Source of the DNA: Alphaproteobacteria bacterium | GTDB lineage: Bacteria; Pseudomonadota; Alphaproteobacteria; SP197 | Reading direction: 5' to 3' | Length of the DNA stretch: 64,000 bases | NCBI GenBank assembly: GCA_964291265.2 | Contig: OZ219747.1 | Coordinates: 4,256,001-4,320,000, forward strand | Shown here: one piece after another, positions 19,266-30,209 of the stretch | Numbering within the stretch: the first letter of the stretch is position 1 | How the letters are laid out: every line of letters starts with the position of its first letter | Program-made: the position numbers and the translations under genes | Notes under the pieces: generated by a model | Seen by the model: only the letters and a program-made list of their open reading frames with translations | Databases searched by the model: none | What the model was told of the DNA's origin: nothing

Positions 19266-19319
19266 CTTGCCTGACGCGAGTCTGAACGTTCCGGATCAAC
19301 GATGTGAGCTGAAAGTTCG

Positions 19320-19739
19320 ATGCCGTTCTACGAGAGTGTCTTTATCGTCCGCCCGGACTCCTCTCCGCAACAGGTCGAGGCCCTTGCCGGCAAGATGGAA
19401 ACCCTGATCCAGGAAAGCGGCGGCGATGTTCCCAAGACCGAGATCTGGGGACTGAAGTCCCTGGCATATCGCATCAAGAAGAACCGCAAGGGCCACTACG
19501 TCTTCATGAACGTCGATGCGTCGGTCGAGACGCTCGGTGAATTCGAGCGCAACTTGCGTTTCAACGAGGACGTGCTGCGATTCATGTCGGTGCGCGTCGA
19601 CCGCCTCGATTCGGAGGTCTCGCCCATGATGCGCAACAAGTCGAGCCGGGATGACCGATCAATCCGGCGCAACACCGGTGCGGAGAAACCGCAAGCCTCG
19701 GAGACCCCGGACGCCGAATCGAAGGAAGGGGAATCGTGA
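19320..19739 (+). CDS. rpsF: 30S ribosomal protein S6
   Basis: [31 protein letters not shown]. Confidence 0.97.
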   Translation: MPFYESVFIVRPDSSPQQVEALAGKMETLIQESGGDVPKTEIWGLKSLAYRIKKNRKGHYVFMNVDASVETLGEFERNLRFNEDVLRFMSVRVDRLDSEVSPMMRNKSSRDDRSIRRNTGAEKPQASETPDAESKEGES

Positions 19740-19975
19740 TGGCCCCTCCTGCCCGCAGACCTTACTGGCGCCGTCGCAAATCCTGTCCATTTTCCGGACC
19801 CAACGCTCCGGTGATCGATTACAAGGACGTAAAGCTGCTGCAGAGATACATCTCCGAGCGAGGGAAGATCGTCCCTTCACGCATCACCGCCGTCTCGGCC
19901 AAGAAACAGCGCGAACTCGCAAAGGCAATCAAGCGCGCCCGCTATCTCGCACTGTTGCCGTACGTCGCACAGTAG
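19739..19975 (+). CDS. rpsR: 30S ribosomal protein S18
   Basis: [25 protein letters not shown]. Confidence 0.97.
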   Translation: MAPPARRPYWRRRKSCPFSGPNAPVIDYKDVKLLQRYISERGKIVPSRITAVSAKKQRELAKAIKRARYLALLPYVAQ

Positions 19976-19995
19976 GCGCACGCCGTCCTTGCCCC

Positions 19996-20988
19996 TTGAA
20001 GAACAGGGCAGTCCCTCTCAACCCGCTCGTTCCCCTGGTGGCGATGGTCGCGGCCTTCGTCAGCGCGTTGCTCTTCGGCTTCGGCATGGCATCGTCCTTC
20101 TGGGGTCTGTTTCTGATCATCGCCTCGCCACTGCCGATCTACGTGGCAGGTCTGGGCTGGGGGTCCCTTGCATCGGGATTCGCCGGCGTCCTCGCCGTCG
20201 CATGCCTGCTGATGTTCTTCGACCCGGTGACGACCAGCGTCTACAGCCTGGGGTTCGTGGTTCCGGCGTTCATTCTCGCGCATCTCGCCATCCAGCCCGT
20301 GACGGGGAGCGACGAGACCCCGCGCTGGCTCCCGTCCTCGGCTCTCGCAAGAGTGTTCCTTGTTGTCGGTCTCATCGAGATCACCCTTCTCACCGTCGTT
20401 CTCGCGATGACCGAGGCCGGACTCGCAGGCACGGTGCGAGGCGACCTCCACGAGGTTGCAAGCTGGTTCGAGCAATCGGACGAGGAATCACGCCAGGCGT
20501 TGGCGGAGCTTGTCGATTTCTGGGATTCCCTGGTGCCGGGCACTCTGGTGGGCGGCATCATGATCGGGCATGCGGTCATGGGAGCACTGGCTCAGGGGCT
20601 GTTGGTCAGCTTCGCCTCTCCGATGCGTCCCTCGCCTGTATTCTGGCAACTGCGCCTTCCGGTGTGGCCGGCCATCGCTGCCCTCGCCGCCGCTGCGGTG
20701 GCGCTGGGCGCCGACACCCTGGCTGGATCGACTGGCGGACTGGCTGCCCTCGTGGTTTACCTTGCAACGGGAATTGTTCTGGTCCTGAGCACTGGTTTTC
20801 TGCTACAGGGCTTGGCGGTCCTGCATGCCCTCACCCGTGGCATGGGGATGCAACCCCTGTTTCTCATGGCAGGTTACGTAGTGGTGCTCGTCTTCCAGCC
20901 ATTCGGCGCCCTCGCCTTCGCGGCCATCGGGTTTGCCGATTGCTGGGCGGGATTTCGTGAACGGTTCGGCGCCGCTGACGGCGTCTGA
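19996..20988 (+). CDS. DUF2232/YybS-like membrane protein
   Basis: Multi-TM hydrophobic ORF between rpsR and rplI, LLQGLAVLH motif; start uncertain. Confidence 0.7.
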   Translation: MKNRAVPLNPLVPLVAMVAAFVSALLFGFGMASSFWGLFLIIASPLPIYVAGLGWGSLASGFAGVLAVACLLMFFDPVTTSVYSLGFVVPAFILAHLAIQPVTGSDETPRWLPSSALARVFLVVGLIEITLLTVVLAMTEAGLAGTVRGDLHEVASWFEQSDEESRQALAELVDFWDSLVPGTLVGGIMIGHAVMGALAQGLLVSFASPMRPSPVFWQLRLPVWPAIAALAAAAVALGADTLAGSTGGLAALVVYLATGIVLVLSTGFLLQGLAVLHALTRGMGMQPLFLMAGYVVVLVFQPFGALAFAAIGFADCWAGFRERFGAADGV

Positions 20989-21003
20989 GTATGGAGACCC
21001 ACA

Positions 21004-21600
21004 ATGGACATCGTTCTTCTTGAACGCATCGACAAGCTCGGAAACATGGGCGACGTGGTCGCGGTGCGCCCCGGCTATGCACGCAACCACCTGCTGCCCC
21101 AGGGAAAGGCGCTGAGGGCGACTCGGGACAATATCGCCCGCTTTGAAGCCGAACGGGCGGAGCGCGAGGAACGCAACCTCGAGCGGCGCGGCTCGGCGAG
21201 CTCCCTCAAGGAGAAGATGGAACGCGTCCACGTCACCCTCATCCGCCAGGCAGCCGACAACCTGCAGCTCTATGGTTCCGTGAAGGCCCGTGACATTGCC
21301 GACGGGCTCGCGGAACTGGGCTTTCCGGTCGACCGCCGCAACGTCGTGCTTGACCGCCCCATCAAGACCCTGGGCCTCTTCGAGGTCACCACTCTCCTCC
21401 ACCCGGAGGTGCCGGTCACGGTTGTCGCCAATGTGGCCCGCACCACCGAGGAAGCCATGGTCCAGGAGGCCACGGGACGCGCCTTCCACCGCGCCGACGA
21501 GGAGGACGAAGTGGAGGACATGGACGAGGGGACGATGGATGAAGAGGCGGTGGACGAGACCGCAGAAGAGGACGTTGACGACCCGCCACTCCAGGAGTGA
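21004..21600 (+). CDS. rplI: 50S ribosomal protein L9
   Basis: LGNMGDVVAVRPGYARNHLLPQGKA, LYGSV. Confidence 0.96.
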   Translation: MDIVLLERIDKLGNMGDVVAVRPGYARNHLLPQGKALRATRDNIARFEAERAEREERNLERRGSASSLKEKMERVHVTLIRQAADNLQLYGSVKARDIADGLAELGFPVDRRNVVLDRPIKTLGLFEVTTLLHPEVPVTVVANVARTTEEAMVQEATGRAFHRADEEDEVEDMDEGTMDEEAVDETAEEDVDDPPLQE

Positions 21601-21635
21601 CGATACTCAAGTCGGAACGGCGATCAGGAGGAGGC

Positions 21636-22850
21636 ATGCTTATCTCCGGGCTTGTCAGGCGCTTCATGTCGGTCGGCCATCTGCGGATCATCGATGCCCG
21701 GAACCGTGTCCATGACTTCGGCACTGTCGGCGAGACACCTTCAGTTGCCGTGCGGTTCCACGATCCTGGACTGGTCCGCAAGATCGCCCTCAACCCCCGC
21801 CTGGCGGTCGGTGAGGCCTACATGGACGGCACGCTCACCATCGAGGACGGCACCATCGTCGACTTCTGGGAGGTGATCGGCCGCAACTACCGCAATCTCG
21901 GCCGCCATGATTCCATGGGCCGCATCGCCATCTGGCTGCGCCGCTACCTGCTCGGGCCGATGCAGCAGTACAATCCCGTCGGCAGGGCTCGGCGCAACGT
22001 CGCCCATCACTATGACCTCTCGGACGAACTGTTCGATCTCTTCCTCGATGCGGATCGCCAGTATTCCTGCGCCTACTTCACCACACCCAACAGCACCCTG
22101 GATCAGGCTCAGGCGGACAAGAAGCGGCATATTGCCGCCAAGCTTCTCCTGGAACCCGGCATGAAGGTTCTCGACATTGGTTCCGGCTGGGGCGGCATGG
22201 GTCTCTACCTGGCACAGGTTGCCAATGTCGACGTTACCGGCGTGACCCTGTCAAGGGAGCAGCACGAAGTCTCCAACAGGCGGGTGCACGAGCACGGCCT
22301 CGAGGAGCGGGTCAGGTTCCAGTTGAAGGACTACCGCGAGCTCGACGAGACCTTCGACCGCATCGTCTCCGTCGGCATGTTCGAGCACGTTGGTTCACGC
22401 CACTATTCGGAGTTCTTCAACAAGATCCGTGGCCTGTTGCGCCACAACGGAGTCATGCTGCTGCATTCGATCGGCTGGACAGGTGAACCGAGCAACACCA
22501 ATCCCTGGATTCGCAAGTACATTTTCCCCGGCGGTTACACGCCATCCCTCTCCGAGGTGCTGGCGCCAATGGAACGCACCGGGCTGATCGCCACCGACAT
22601 CGAGATCCTGAAGACGCATTACGCCGAAACCCTGAGACACTGGTACAGGAGATTCGCCGAGAACCGGGACAGGATCCGCGACCGGTACGATGAACGTTTC
22701 TGCCGCATGTGGGAGTTCTATCTCCTGGGGAGCGAATCGTCCTTCCGCCACAGCGAACACATGGTGTTCCAGCTGCAGCTCACCAGAGAACGCCTCGCCA
22801 CCCCGGAGATTCGCGACTACATGGTCGATTGGGAACGCTCGCACCGCTGA
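21636..22850 (+). CDS. cyclopropane-fatty-acyl-phospholipid synthase family methyltransferase
   Basis: AHHYDLS, YSCAYF, LDIGSGWG, SVGMFEHVG, KYIFPGG; AGGAGG RBS. Confidence 0.9.
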   Translation: MLISGLVRRFMSVGHLRIIDARNRVHDFGTVGETPSVAVRFHDPGLVRKIALNPRLAVGEAYMDGTLTIEDGTIVDFWEVIGRNYRNLGRHDSMGRIAIWLRRYLLGPMQQYNPVGRARRNVAHHYDLSDELFDLFLDADRQYSCAYFTTPNSTLDQAQADKKRHIAAKLLLEPGMKVLDIGSGWGGMGLYLAQVANVDVTGVTLSREQHEVSNRRVHEHGLEERVRFQLKDYRELDETFDRIVSVGMFEHVGSRHYSEFFNKIRGLLRHNGVMLLHSIGWTGEPSNTNPWIRKYIFPGGYTPSLSEVLAPMERTGLIATDIEILKTHYAETLRHWYRRFAENRDRIRDRYDERFCRMWEFYLLGSESSFRHSEHMVFQLQLTRERLATPEIRDYMVDWERSHR

Positions 22851-22974
22851 AGGGGTCATTCCCGAGTCCCCCCCTCTGATTCCCACAGACGATCCCCTGC
22901 AATTTCTCCGGCACCGGTCCACCCCGGCAGTGGTTTCATGCCATAGTGCAGCGGATGAAGCACCCGCCCGCACC

Positions 22975-24480
22975 ATGACACAGGCCGCTCTCGGCGATCT
23001 CAAGCCCCACGGCGAGGCCGGGTATCGCCCGCTGCCCTACAACGAGCAGGCGGAGCAGTCGTTGCTCGGCGCCCTCCTGGTGAAGAACGACATCCTCGAC
23101 GACATCGAGCGCATCCTGCTGCCCGAGTCCTTCTTCATTCCGGTGCACCGAAGAATCTACGAAGCGATCCGCCACGTTGCCGGCAAGGGTCAGATCGCGA
23201 CCCCCATCACCCTTGGCGCCTACTTTGCCGACGACGAGGCCCTTTCCGGAGTCGGCGGCACCGGTTATCTCGCCAAGCTCGCCGCATCGGCGGCCATGAT
23301 CATCAATGCCGATGACTTCGCTCGGCAGATCCAGGAACATCACATGCGCCGGCAGCTTGTCGACATCGGCGAGACCATGGTGAACGACGCCTACGAGTTC
23401 ACCATCGACCACGACGCGATGGCGCAGATCGAGGAGGCGGAAAGGTCGCTATTCGACCTTGCCGAACACGGCGAGACGAAGAGGGCCTTCCGGTCTTTCC
23501 AGGAAGTCACGGTTCCGACTCTGGAGATGATGGAAGCCGCGTTCCGCGACAGCAGCGGACTGGCGGGGCAGTCCACGGGACTGAAGAATCTCGACGACCA
23601 GATTGGCGGCCTGTCGCGAACCGATCTCCTGGTTCTGGCAGCCCGTCCCGGCATGGGAAAGACATCGCTTGCCACCACGCTCGCTCTCCATGTCGCCAGA
23701 CACAATCTCGAGGAGGCCGGGTCCGGCAGCGACTCACCCAGCCGGGTCGGCATCTTCTCCCTCGAGATGTCCGCCGAGCAGCTGGTCGCACGGATACTGG
23801 CCGAAGAAACCGGCATCCCCTCGCAGATGATCCGCAACGGTCACATCAAGCTCGCCGACTTCGAGGACCTGGTGACCGCGGCTCAGCGCCTTTCGGCCGT
23901 GCCCCTGCATATCGACGACACTCCGGCCATCAGCATCGCCCAGCTGCGCGGCCGTGCCCGCCGCCTCAAGCGCCAGTCAGGCGGGCTCTCCCTCATCATC
24001 GTCGACTACCTGCAACTTGTCGTCTCGGCGCACCGCTCGGGCGGCGAAAGAAACAGGGTGCAGGAAGTGTCCGAGATCACCCAGGGTCTCAAGGCCCTGG
24101 CCAAGGAACTCGATGTTCCGGTGATAGCCTGTTCGCAACTCTCCCGGGCCGTGGAGCAGCGCGAGGACAAGCGGCCGCTGCTGTCCGATCTTCGTGAATC
24201 GGGGTCCATCGAACAGGATGCCGACATCGTCATGTTCCTGTTCCGCCAGGAATACTACCACGAACGCAGGAAACCGCAGCCCAAGGACGACGAGAACGAG
24301 GACGATCCCGCCTTCCGCCGCCGCCTCGAACGGTGGGAGACAGAAATGCAGGACCTGCGCGGCGTCTCCGAGGTCATCGTTGCCAAGAACCGGCACGGAC
24401 CGACCGGGGACGCGAGGCTGCATTTCAATTCCTCGACCACCAGGTTCATGGATCTGGACAGCCGCTACGCCTCCCCATGA
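22975..24480 (+). CDS. dnaB: replicative DNA helicase
   Basis: AARPGMGKT, FSLEMS, VDYLQL, SQLSR, DLRESGSIEQDAD; no intein. Confidence 0.96.
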   Translation: MTQAALGDLKPHGEAGYRPLPYNEQAEQSLLGALLVKNDILDDIERILLPESFFIPVHRRIYEAIRHVAGKGQIATPITLGAYFADDEALSGVGGTGYLAKLAASAAMIINADDFARQIQEHHMRRQLVDIGETMVNDAYEFTIDHDAMAQIEEAERSLFDLAEHGETKRAFRSFQEVTVPTLEMMEAAFRDSSGLAGQSTGLKNLDDQIGGLSRTDLLVLAARPGMGKTSLATTLALHVARHNLEEAGSGSDSPSRVGIFSLEMSAEQLVARILAEETGIPSQMIRNGHIKLADFEDLVTAAQRLSAVPLHIDDTPAISIAQLRGRARRLKRQSGGLSLIIVDYLQLVVSAHRSGGERNRVQEVSEITQGLKALAKELDVPVIACSQLSRAVEQREDKRPLLSDLRESGSIEQDADIVMFLFRQEYYHERRKPQPKDDENEDDPAFRRRLERWETEMQDLRGVSEVIVAKNRHGPTGDARLHFNSSTTRFMDLDSRYASP

Positions 24481-25589
24481 CGGATCCTGTTGACGCGACG
24501 GCCTCCCGCCTTGTCATCGATCTCGATGCACTCACACGCAACTGGCAGGCCCTGGCGCGCATGGTCCAGCCAGCGGAGTGTGCCGCGGTCGTCAAGGCAG
24601 ACGCCTACGGCCTCGGCGCGGCGCAGGTGGCGCAATCCCTGGCCGACGCCGGATGCCGGAGCTTCTTCGTCGCCAACCCGGATGGCGCCGCGGCGCTCCG
24701 GCTCGTTCTCGGCGATGCGGTAACGATCTATGTGCTCAACGGCCTCATTGCCGAGACCGGTGATCTTGCCGGTCTCGACCTGGTTCCCGTTCTCAACGAC
24801 CTCGGGCAGATCGTCCAGTGGGCCGACGAGGCGCGGCGCCTGGAACGGCGCCTGGGTGCCGTCGTTCACATCGACACCGGCATGTCGCGGCTGGGGCTGC
24901 CACCAGCGGAAACGGCGAGGCTGGCCGCCTCTCCCGAACTCCTGGCGCCACTCGATCTTCACTTCGTCATGAGCCACCTGTCGTGTGCCAGCGAGCCCGG
25001 GCAGACCGAAAATCACCGTCAGCTCGAACTGTTGCGGGATGCCATGCGGTCCTTTCCGGGGGTCCGTGCCAGCCTGGCCAATTCATCGGGCATCTTTCTC
25101 GGGAAGGCTTGGCACCATGATCTCGTGCGTCCGGGCTATGCCGTCTACGGTGGCAACCCGACGCCTTCCGGAGCCAATCCCATGGAAGCCGTCATCCGGC
25201 TGACGGCCCGGATCATCCAGGTGCGCGAGGTGCCGGCCGGTACGCGTGTCGGTTACGGCGGGACCTACACGACAGAGCGTGCCACGCGCCTTGCCACCCT
25301 GCCGGTCGGCTATGCGGACGGCTACCCACGGGCGCTTGGCAACCTGGCGCATGCCTGCATCGGTGCCAGCGTCGTCCCCGTGGTCGGACACGTTTCCATG
25401 GACCTGATGACACTGGACATAGGCGGTGTGTCGGAGGACAGGGCCCACGTGGGAAGTTGGGTCGACCTCATCAGGGGGCGCGCCATGCTGGACGACCTCG
25501 CCGCAAGGGCCGGCACCATCGGCTACGAGTTGCTCACGTCACTGGGCACCCGCTACGCACGCCAATGGCTCGGCGGGGCGTTTGGATGA
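24477..25589 (+). CDS. alr: alanine racemase
   Basis: AVVKADAYGLG, DTGMSRLG, GYADG, SMD; ATGA overlap with dnaB. Confidence 0.95.
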   Translation: MTDPVDATASRLVIDLDALTRNWQALARMVQPAECAAVVKADAYGLGAAQVAQSLADAGCRSFFVANPDGAAALRLVLGDAVTIYVLNGLIAETGDLAGLDLVPVLNDLGQIVQWADEARRLERRLGAVVHIDTGMSRLGLPPAETARLAASPELLAPLDLHFVMSHLSCASEPGQTENHRQLELLRDAMRSFPGVRASLANSSGIFLGKAWHHDLVRPGYAVYGGNPTPSGANPMEAVIRLTARIIQVREVPAGTRVGYGGTYTTERATRLATLPVGYADGYPRALGNLAHACIGASVVPVVGHVSMDLMTLDIGGVSEDRAHVGSWVDLIRGRAMLDDLAARAGTIGYELLTSLGTRYARQWLGGAFG

Positions 25590-25641
25590 GGATGACCACG
25601 ACCTTCCCGCTCGCGGGTCGACGCCGCTGGCGGCGGGCCGG

Positions 25642-26415
25642 ATGAACCCTCTGGCGTCGGTCGGAGCGACGTTCCTCGCCTTTCTCGCCGGAACCGGGCG
25701 GATTGTCCTCTTTGCCGCTCTCGGCCTTGCCAGTTGCGTCACGCCACCCTGGCACGTGCGCAACATCGGCCGCCAGATCATCGACATCGGCTACTATTCA
25801 CTCCCTGTGGTCGGCCTGACGGCGATCTTCACCGGCATGGTCCTGGCCCTGCAGAGCTACACCGGTTTCTCGCGTTTCGAAGCGGAGAACGCCATAGCCG
25901 GAATCGTCGTTCTGTCCGTTACACGTGAACTCGGACCGGTCCTTGCCGGTCTCATGGTCGCCGGGCGTGTCGGCGCGGCGATGGCGGCCGAGATCGGTAC
26001 CATGCGTGTCACCGAACAGATCGATGCCCTGACGACGCTCCAGGCATCTCCGCGCCGCTATCTCGTTGCACCGCGCCTGATCGCCGCGACGCTGACCCTG
26101 CCCGTGCTTGTTCTGGTGGCCGATGTCATCGGCGTGCTGGGCGGCTATCTCGTGTCGGTCCACAAGCTGGGTTTCAACCCGTCGGTCTATCTCGCCAGCA
26201 CCATCGATATCCTCGAACCGGTCGACGTGATCTCGGGTCTCGTCAAGGCCGCCGTGTTCGGCTTTCTCGTAGCTCTCACGGGGTGCTATCACGGCTGGCA
26301 CTCGAGGCGGGGAGCCCAGGGCGTGGGACAGGCGACGACACTTGCCGTGGTGTCGGGATCCATCCTCATCCTGACCTTCAACTACGTTGTCACGGAGATC
26401 TTCTTTTCACGATGA
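25642..26415 (+). CDS. mlaE: MlaE family ABC transporter permease
   Basis: RELGPVL, AEIGTMRVTEQIDAL. Confidence 0.9.
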   Translation: MNPLASVGATFLAFLAGTGRIVLFAALGLASCVTPPWHVRNIGRQIIDIGYYSLPVVGLTAIFTGMVLALQSYTGFSRFEAENAIAGIVVLSVTRELGPVLAGLMVAGRVGAAMAAEIGTMRVTEQIDALTTLQASPRRYLVAPRLIAATLTLPVLVLVADVIGVLGGYLVSVHKLGFNPSVYLASTIDILEPVDVISGLVKAAVFGFLVALTGCYHGWHSRRGAQGVGQATTLAVVSGSILILTFNYVVTEIFFSR

Positions 26416-27173
26416 ACCACCCCATGATTCGCGTTCGCGACCTGCGGAAGAGCTTCCCGGCCCGGAGTGTGCTGGACGGCGTGAGTTTCGACGTCGCGCA
26501 AGGCGAGGCATTCGTCATCATCGGCGGGTCCGGGTCCGGCAAGTCCGTCACCCTGAAGTGTATCCTCGGTCTCATCAGCCCCGATGCGGGAAAGATCATG
26601 ATCGATGGGACGGCCATTCGGCCGGACGATACCGGTGTCATGGCGCGGTTCGGCATGCTGTTCCAGGGCGGAGCGCTGTTCGACAGTCTTGCGGTATGGG
26701 AAAATGTGGCCTTCCGGCAGATCCACACCGGCGCCCTCGGCCGCGCACAGGCGAGGGATTCCGCCAGTGAGACCCTTGGCCTGGTCGGGCTCGGAGAGGA
26801 TGTCGCTGACCTCCTTCCCGCCGAACTGTCGGGAGGCATGATGAAACGGGTCGCCCTGGCTCGCGCCATCTCGTCCCGGCCTGACATCGTCTTCCTGGAC
26901 GAGCCGACAACCGGCCTCGATCCAATCATGGCCGATGTCATCAATGATCTCATCGTCTCGGTGAGCCGCCGTCTTGGCATCACCACGGTCTCGATCACCC
27001 ATGACATGGCGAGCGCACGCAAGATCGCAGACCGGATCGCGATGCTGCATGACGGGCGCCTCATCTGGCAGGGCAGCGCCGCCGACATCGACCGGAGCGG
27101 CAACGCCCATGTCGACCAGTTCATCAACGGCCGCGCCGACGGCCCCATCTCCATGAGTGTGCTGCGTCGTTGA
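26412..27173 (+). CDS. mlaF: MlaF family ABC transporter ATP-binding protein
   Basis: GGSGSGKS, LFQGGALFDS, LSGGMMKR, DEPTTGLDPI. Confidence 0.88.
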   Translation: MNHPMIRVRDLRKSFPARSVLDGVSFDVAQGEAFVIIGGSGSGKSVTLKCILGLISPDAGKIMIDGTAIRPDDTGVMARFGMLFQGGALFDSLAVWENVAFRQIHTGALGRAQARDSASETLGLVGLGEDVADLLPAELSGGMMKRVALARAISSRPDIVFLDEPTTGLDPIMADVINDLIVSVSRRLGITTVSITHDMASARKIADRIAMLHDGRLIWQGSAADIDRSGNAHVDQFINGRADGPISMSVLRR

Positions 27174-27294
27174 GTCCGGTGTCGGACCGAGTTATGGACA
27201 CGATGCCGCCAGTCATGCAAAGAGGGTGGACCGGCGGTGGCCATGATGGCGCGGTTCTGCCGCGTGTGGGCACCGGCGACAGAGGGCAAACTGC

Positions 27295-27969
27295 ATGAAC
27301 GAGTTGCCGGTCACCGTCACGGACCTCGTCATTCTCGGGGTTGTCTTCATTTCCGGGTTCCTCGCCTACTATCGCGGAGCCATGCGCGAGTTCCTCTTTC
27401 TCGCCACCTGGGGCGGAGCTGCCCTCGCAACGGTCTACCTCTACGATCACTCCTGGCCCGTTCTGGCGGGCTGGATCGGCAATGATCCGCTGATCGTGGC
27501 CATTGCCAATGCGGCGGGCCTCTTTGTCGTCGCGCTCGCCTGCCTCAGTCTCGTGTCATCGCTGGTGGTACGGCGCACCCGGGGAGCCGGGCTCGACATG
27601 CTCGACAGATCGGTCGGGTTCGTGTTCGGCCTTGTCCGCGGCGCGCTCGTGGTCTGCCTCGTCTTTCTGGTTTACGGCCTGCTCGCCCCTGCCGGTGAAC
27701 GGCCGGGGTGGATCGAGGAAGCACGACTCACACCGGTCATTGATCGGGGATCCCTGCTGCTCATCGAACTGACGCCCGATGAATGGGACCTCGACAGCGA
27801 CGATTTCCTGATCCGGACGAGGAACGCAGCGGCTGAAGAGGCCCTGCGGTCCTACAGCGACCTGATTGATCCCCAGACACCGCCAGGTGATGCTGACGCG
27901 GAGGGTGAGGAAGGGTACAATGAGGAGGACCGGTCGGCGCTCGAATCCATCATCGCTGGCGACGAATGA
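27295..27969 (+). CDS. cvpA: CvpA family membrane protein
   Basis: RGAMRE, DRSVGFVFGLVRG; directly upstream of purF. Confidence 0.88.
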   Translation: MNELPVTVTDLVILGVVFISGFLAYYRGAMREFLFLATWGGAALATVYLYDHSWPVLAGWIGNDPLIVAIANAAGLFVVALACLSLVSSLVVRRTRGAGLDMLDRSVGFVFGLVRGALVVCLVFLVYGLLAPAGERPGWIEEARLTPVIDRGSLLLIELTPDEWDLDSDDFLIRTRNAAAEEALRSYSDLIDPQTPPGDADAEGEEGYNEEDRSALESIIAGDE

Positions 27970-27985
27970 ACAAGGGCCGACAGAT

Positions 27986-29452
27986 GTGACCCGATTCCTG
28001 CCGCGGCATCCCTTCGATGACGACAGGTTGCACGAGGAGTGTGGTGTCTTCGGTGTCTTCGGGGCCGAAGATGCGGCGAAGCACACGGTGCTCGGTCTGC
28101 ATGCCCTTCAGCATCGTGGGCAGGAATCCGTCGGCATCGTCTCCTTCGACGGATCCCAGTTTCATGTTCACCGCAACCTTGGCCTGGTATCGGAAGTCTT
28201 CTCGAACGGCGCCAGTGTCGGCACACTGACGGGCCGGTCCGCCATCGGACACAACCGCTATGCGACCACGGGCGGAACACTGCTCCGCAACGTGCAGCCC
28301 ATCTTCGTCGAGACCGACCAGGGCGGCCTCGCGGTTGCCCACAACGGCAATCTGACCAACGCGAACCAGGTGCGCGACAGACTTGTGCGCAAGGGAGCCA
28401 TTTTCCAGTCGACATCCGATACTGAGACCATCGTCCACCTTGTGGCGCTGTCCGCACACGCCACCATTCCGGATCGGCTGGTCGATGCCCTGAAACAGGT
28501 TGTCGGCGCCTATTCCCTGGTGGCGCTCACCGACGCGGCCATGATCGGAGTGAGGGATGCTCTCGGCGTGCGCCCCCTGGTGCTTGGCCGCCTGGGAGAC
28601 GCCTTCGTCCTCGCTTCGGAAACCTGTGCTCTCGACATCATGGGTGCCACATTCGTGCGGGACGTGGAACCCGGTGAACTCATCGTCATCGATGCGGCGG
28701 GCCTGACCTCGTACCGCCCGTTTGCGCCGCGGCGCAGCCGGTTCTGCATTTTCGAGTACATCTACTTCTCGCGACCCGACAGCCGCGTCGAAGGCCGTTC
28801 CGCCTACGCGGTTCGCCGGCGGACCGGCGCCGAACTGGCGAAGGAAAGTCCGGCAGACGTCGATGTCGTCGTGCCGGTCCCCGATTCCGGCACGCCGGCG
28901 GCACTGGGATTTGCCGAACAGTCCGGCCTGCCCCTGACCTTCGGCATCATCCGCAACCACTACGTCGGCCGTACCTTCATCGAACCCGGCCAGAACATCC
29001 GACACTTGGGTGTCAAGCTGAAGCACAATGCCAACCGCGGGGAACTCTCGGGCAGGCGCGTTGTCCTCATTGACGATTCCATCGTCCGCGGCACGACATC
29101 GACGAAGATTGTCTCCATGGTCCGGGACTGTGGCGCGCGGGAGGTTCACATGCGCATCGCCAGCCCTCCGAACACTCATTCGTGTTTCTACGGTGTCGAC
29201 ACACCGTCGCGCGATGAATTGCTGGCTTCACGGTTCCGTGTCGACGAGATTGCGGCATTCCTCGGCGTCGACAGCCTCGCCTTCATCACGGCCGACGGCC
29301 TCTACAGGGCAACCGGACACGAGGAGGGACGCGATGCCGCAAGACCCCAGTACTGCGATGCCTGCCTGACCGGTCACTACCCCATTCCCCTGGTTGACCG
29401 GGATGGCGGCCACGAGGCGAATCAGCTCTCGTTCCATTACGAATCCCTGTGA
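27986..29452 (+). CDS. purF: amidophosphoribosyltransferase
   Basis: EECGVFG, LQHRGQE, GHNRY, DDSIVRGTT. Confidence 0.96.
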   Translation: MTRFLPRHPFDDDRLHEECGVFGVFGAEDAAKHTVLGLHALQHRGQESVGIVSFDGSQFHVHRNLGLVSEVFSNGASVGTLTGRSAIGHNRYATTGGTLLRNVQPIFVETDQGGLAVAHNGNLTNANQVRDRLVRKGAIFQSTSDTETIVHLVALSAHATIPDRLVDALKQVVGAYSLVALTDAAMIGVRDALGVRPLVLGRLGDAFVLASETCALDIMGATFVRDVEPGELIVIDAAGLTSYRPFAPRRSRFCIFEYIYFSRPDSRVEGRSAYAVRRRTGAELAKESPADVDVVVPVPDSGTPAALGFAEQSGLPLTFGIIRNHYVGRTFIEPGQNIRHLGVKLKHNANRGELSGRRVVLIDDSIVRGTTSTKIVSMVRDCGAREVHMRIASPPNTHSCFYGVDTPSRDELLASRFRVDEIAAFLGVDSLAFITADGLYRATGHEEGRDAARPQYCDACLTGHYPIPLVDRDGGHEANQLSFHYESL

Positions 29453-29453
29453 C

Positions 29454-30209
29454 ATGACCGGACCTGCGGGCGGACGACTCGACGGACGCATTGCCCTTGT
29501 GACCGGCGCCTCGCGGGGCCTTGGCGCAGCCGTGGCGCGGGCCTTCGCTGCAGAGGGCGCGCGCCTGGTCCTCGTTGCGCGCACCAGTGGTGGTCTCGAG
29601 GAGGTCGACGATGCAGTCCGCTCCGCTGGCGGCCTCACGCCCGTCCTGGTGCCACTCGACCTTGCCGATGGAGAGGCCATCGACCGCCTGGGCGGAGCGC
29701 TGTTCGAGCGGTATGGCAGACTTGACGTCCTCGTGGGCAACGCGGCCCTGCTCAGTGCCCTCTCTCCGGCCCACCACATCATGCCGCAGGACTGGCAGCG
29801 CTCCCTGGAGGTCAACCTGACAGCCAACTGGCGCCTGATCCGTGCCATGGATCCGCTTCTCAGGCAGTCGCCGGCCGGCCGTGCCATCTTCGTGACCTCG
29901 GGCGTCACCGTCTCTCTTCCGCCCTACTGGGCTGCCTACGCGGCCACCAAGGCAGCCCTCGAAGCCCTTGTGACGTGCTGGGCGGGGGAGTTGGCAAGAA
30001 CGGAACTGAAGGCCAATCTCGTCGATCCGGGGGTGCTGCGCACGGCCATGCGGGCCAGCGCCTTCCCGGGCGAGAAGCCGGAGTCACTCGACGAGCCATC
30101 GAGCGTCGTCGAGACCTTCGTCTCCATGGCCATGCCCGACTGGACACTGAACGGCGCCCGGATTGTCGCCGCCCACACGCGGGAGGCGGGCCCGTCCGAC
30201 GCCTTGTAG
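29454..30209 (+). CDS. SDR family oxidoreductase
   Basis: TGASRGLG, YAATK, RTAMRASAFPGE. Confidence 0.88.
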   Translation: MTGPAGGRLDGRIALVTGASRGLGAAVARAFAAEGARLVLVARTSGGLEEVDDAVRSAGGLTPVLVPLDLADGEAIDRLGGALFERYGRLDVLVGNAALLSALSPAHHIMPQDWQRSLEVNLTANWRLIRAMDPLLRQSPAGRAIFVTSGVTVSLPPYWAAYAATKAALEALVTCWAGELARTELKANLVDPGVLRTAMRASAFPGEKPESLDEPSSVVETFVSMAMPDWTLNGARIVAAHTREAGPSDAL

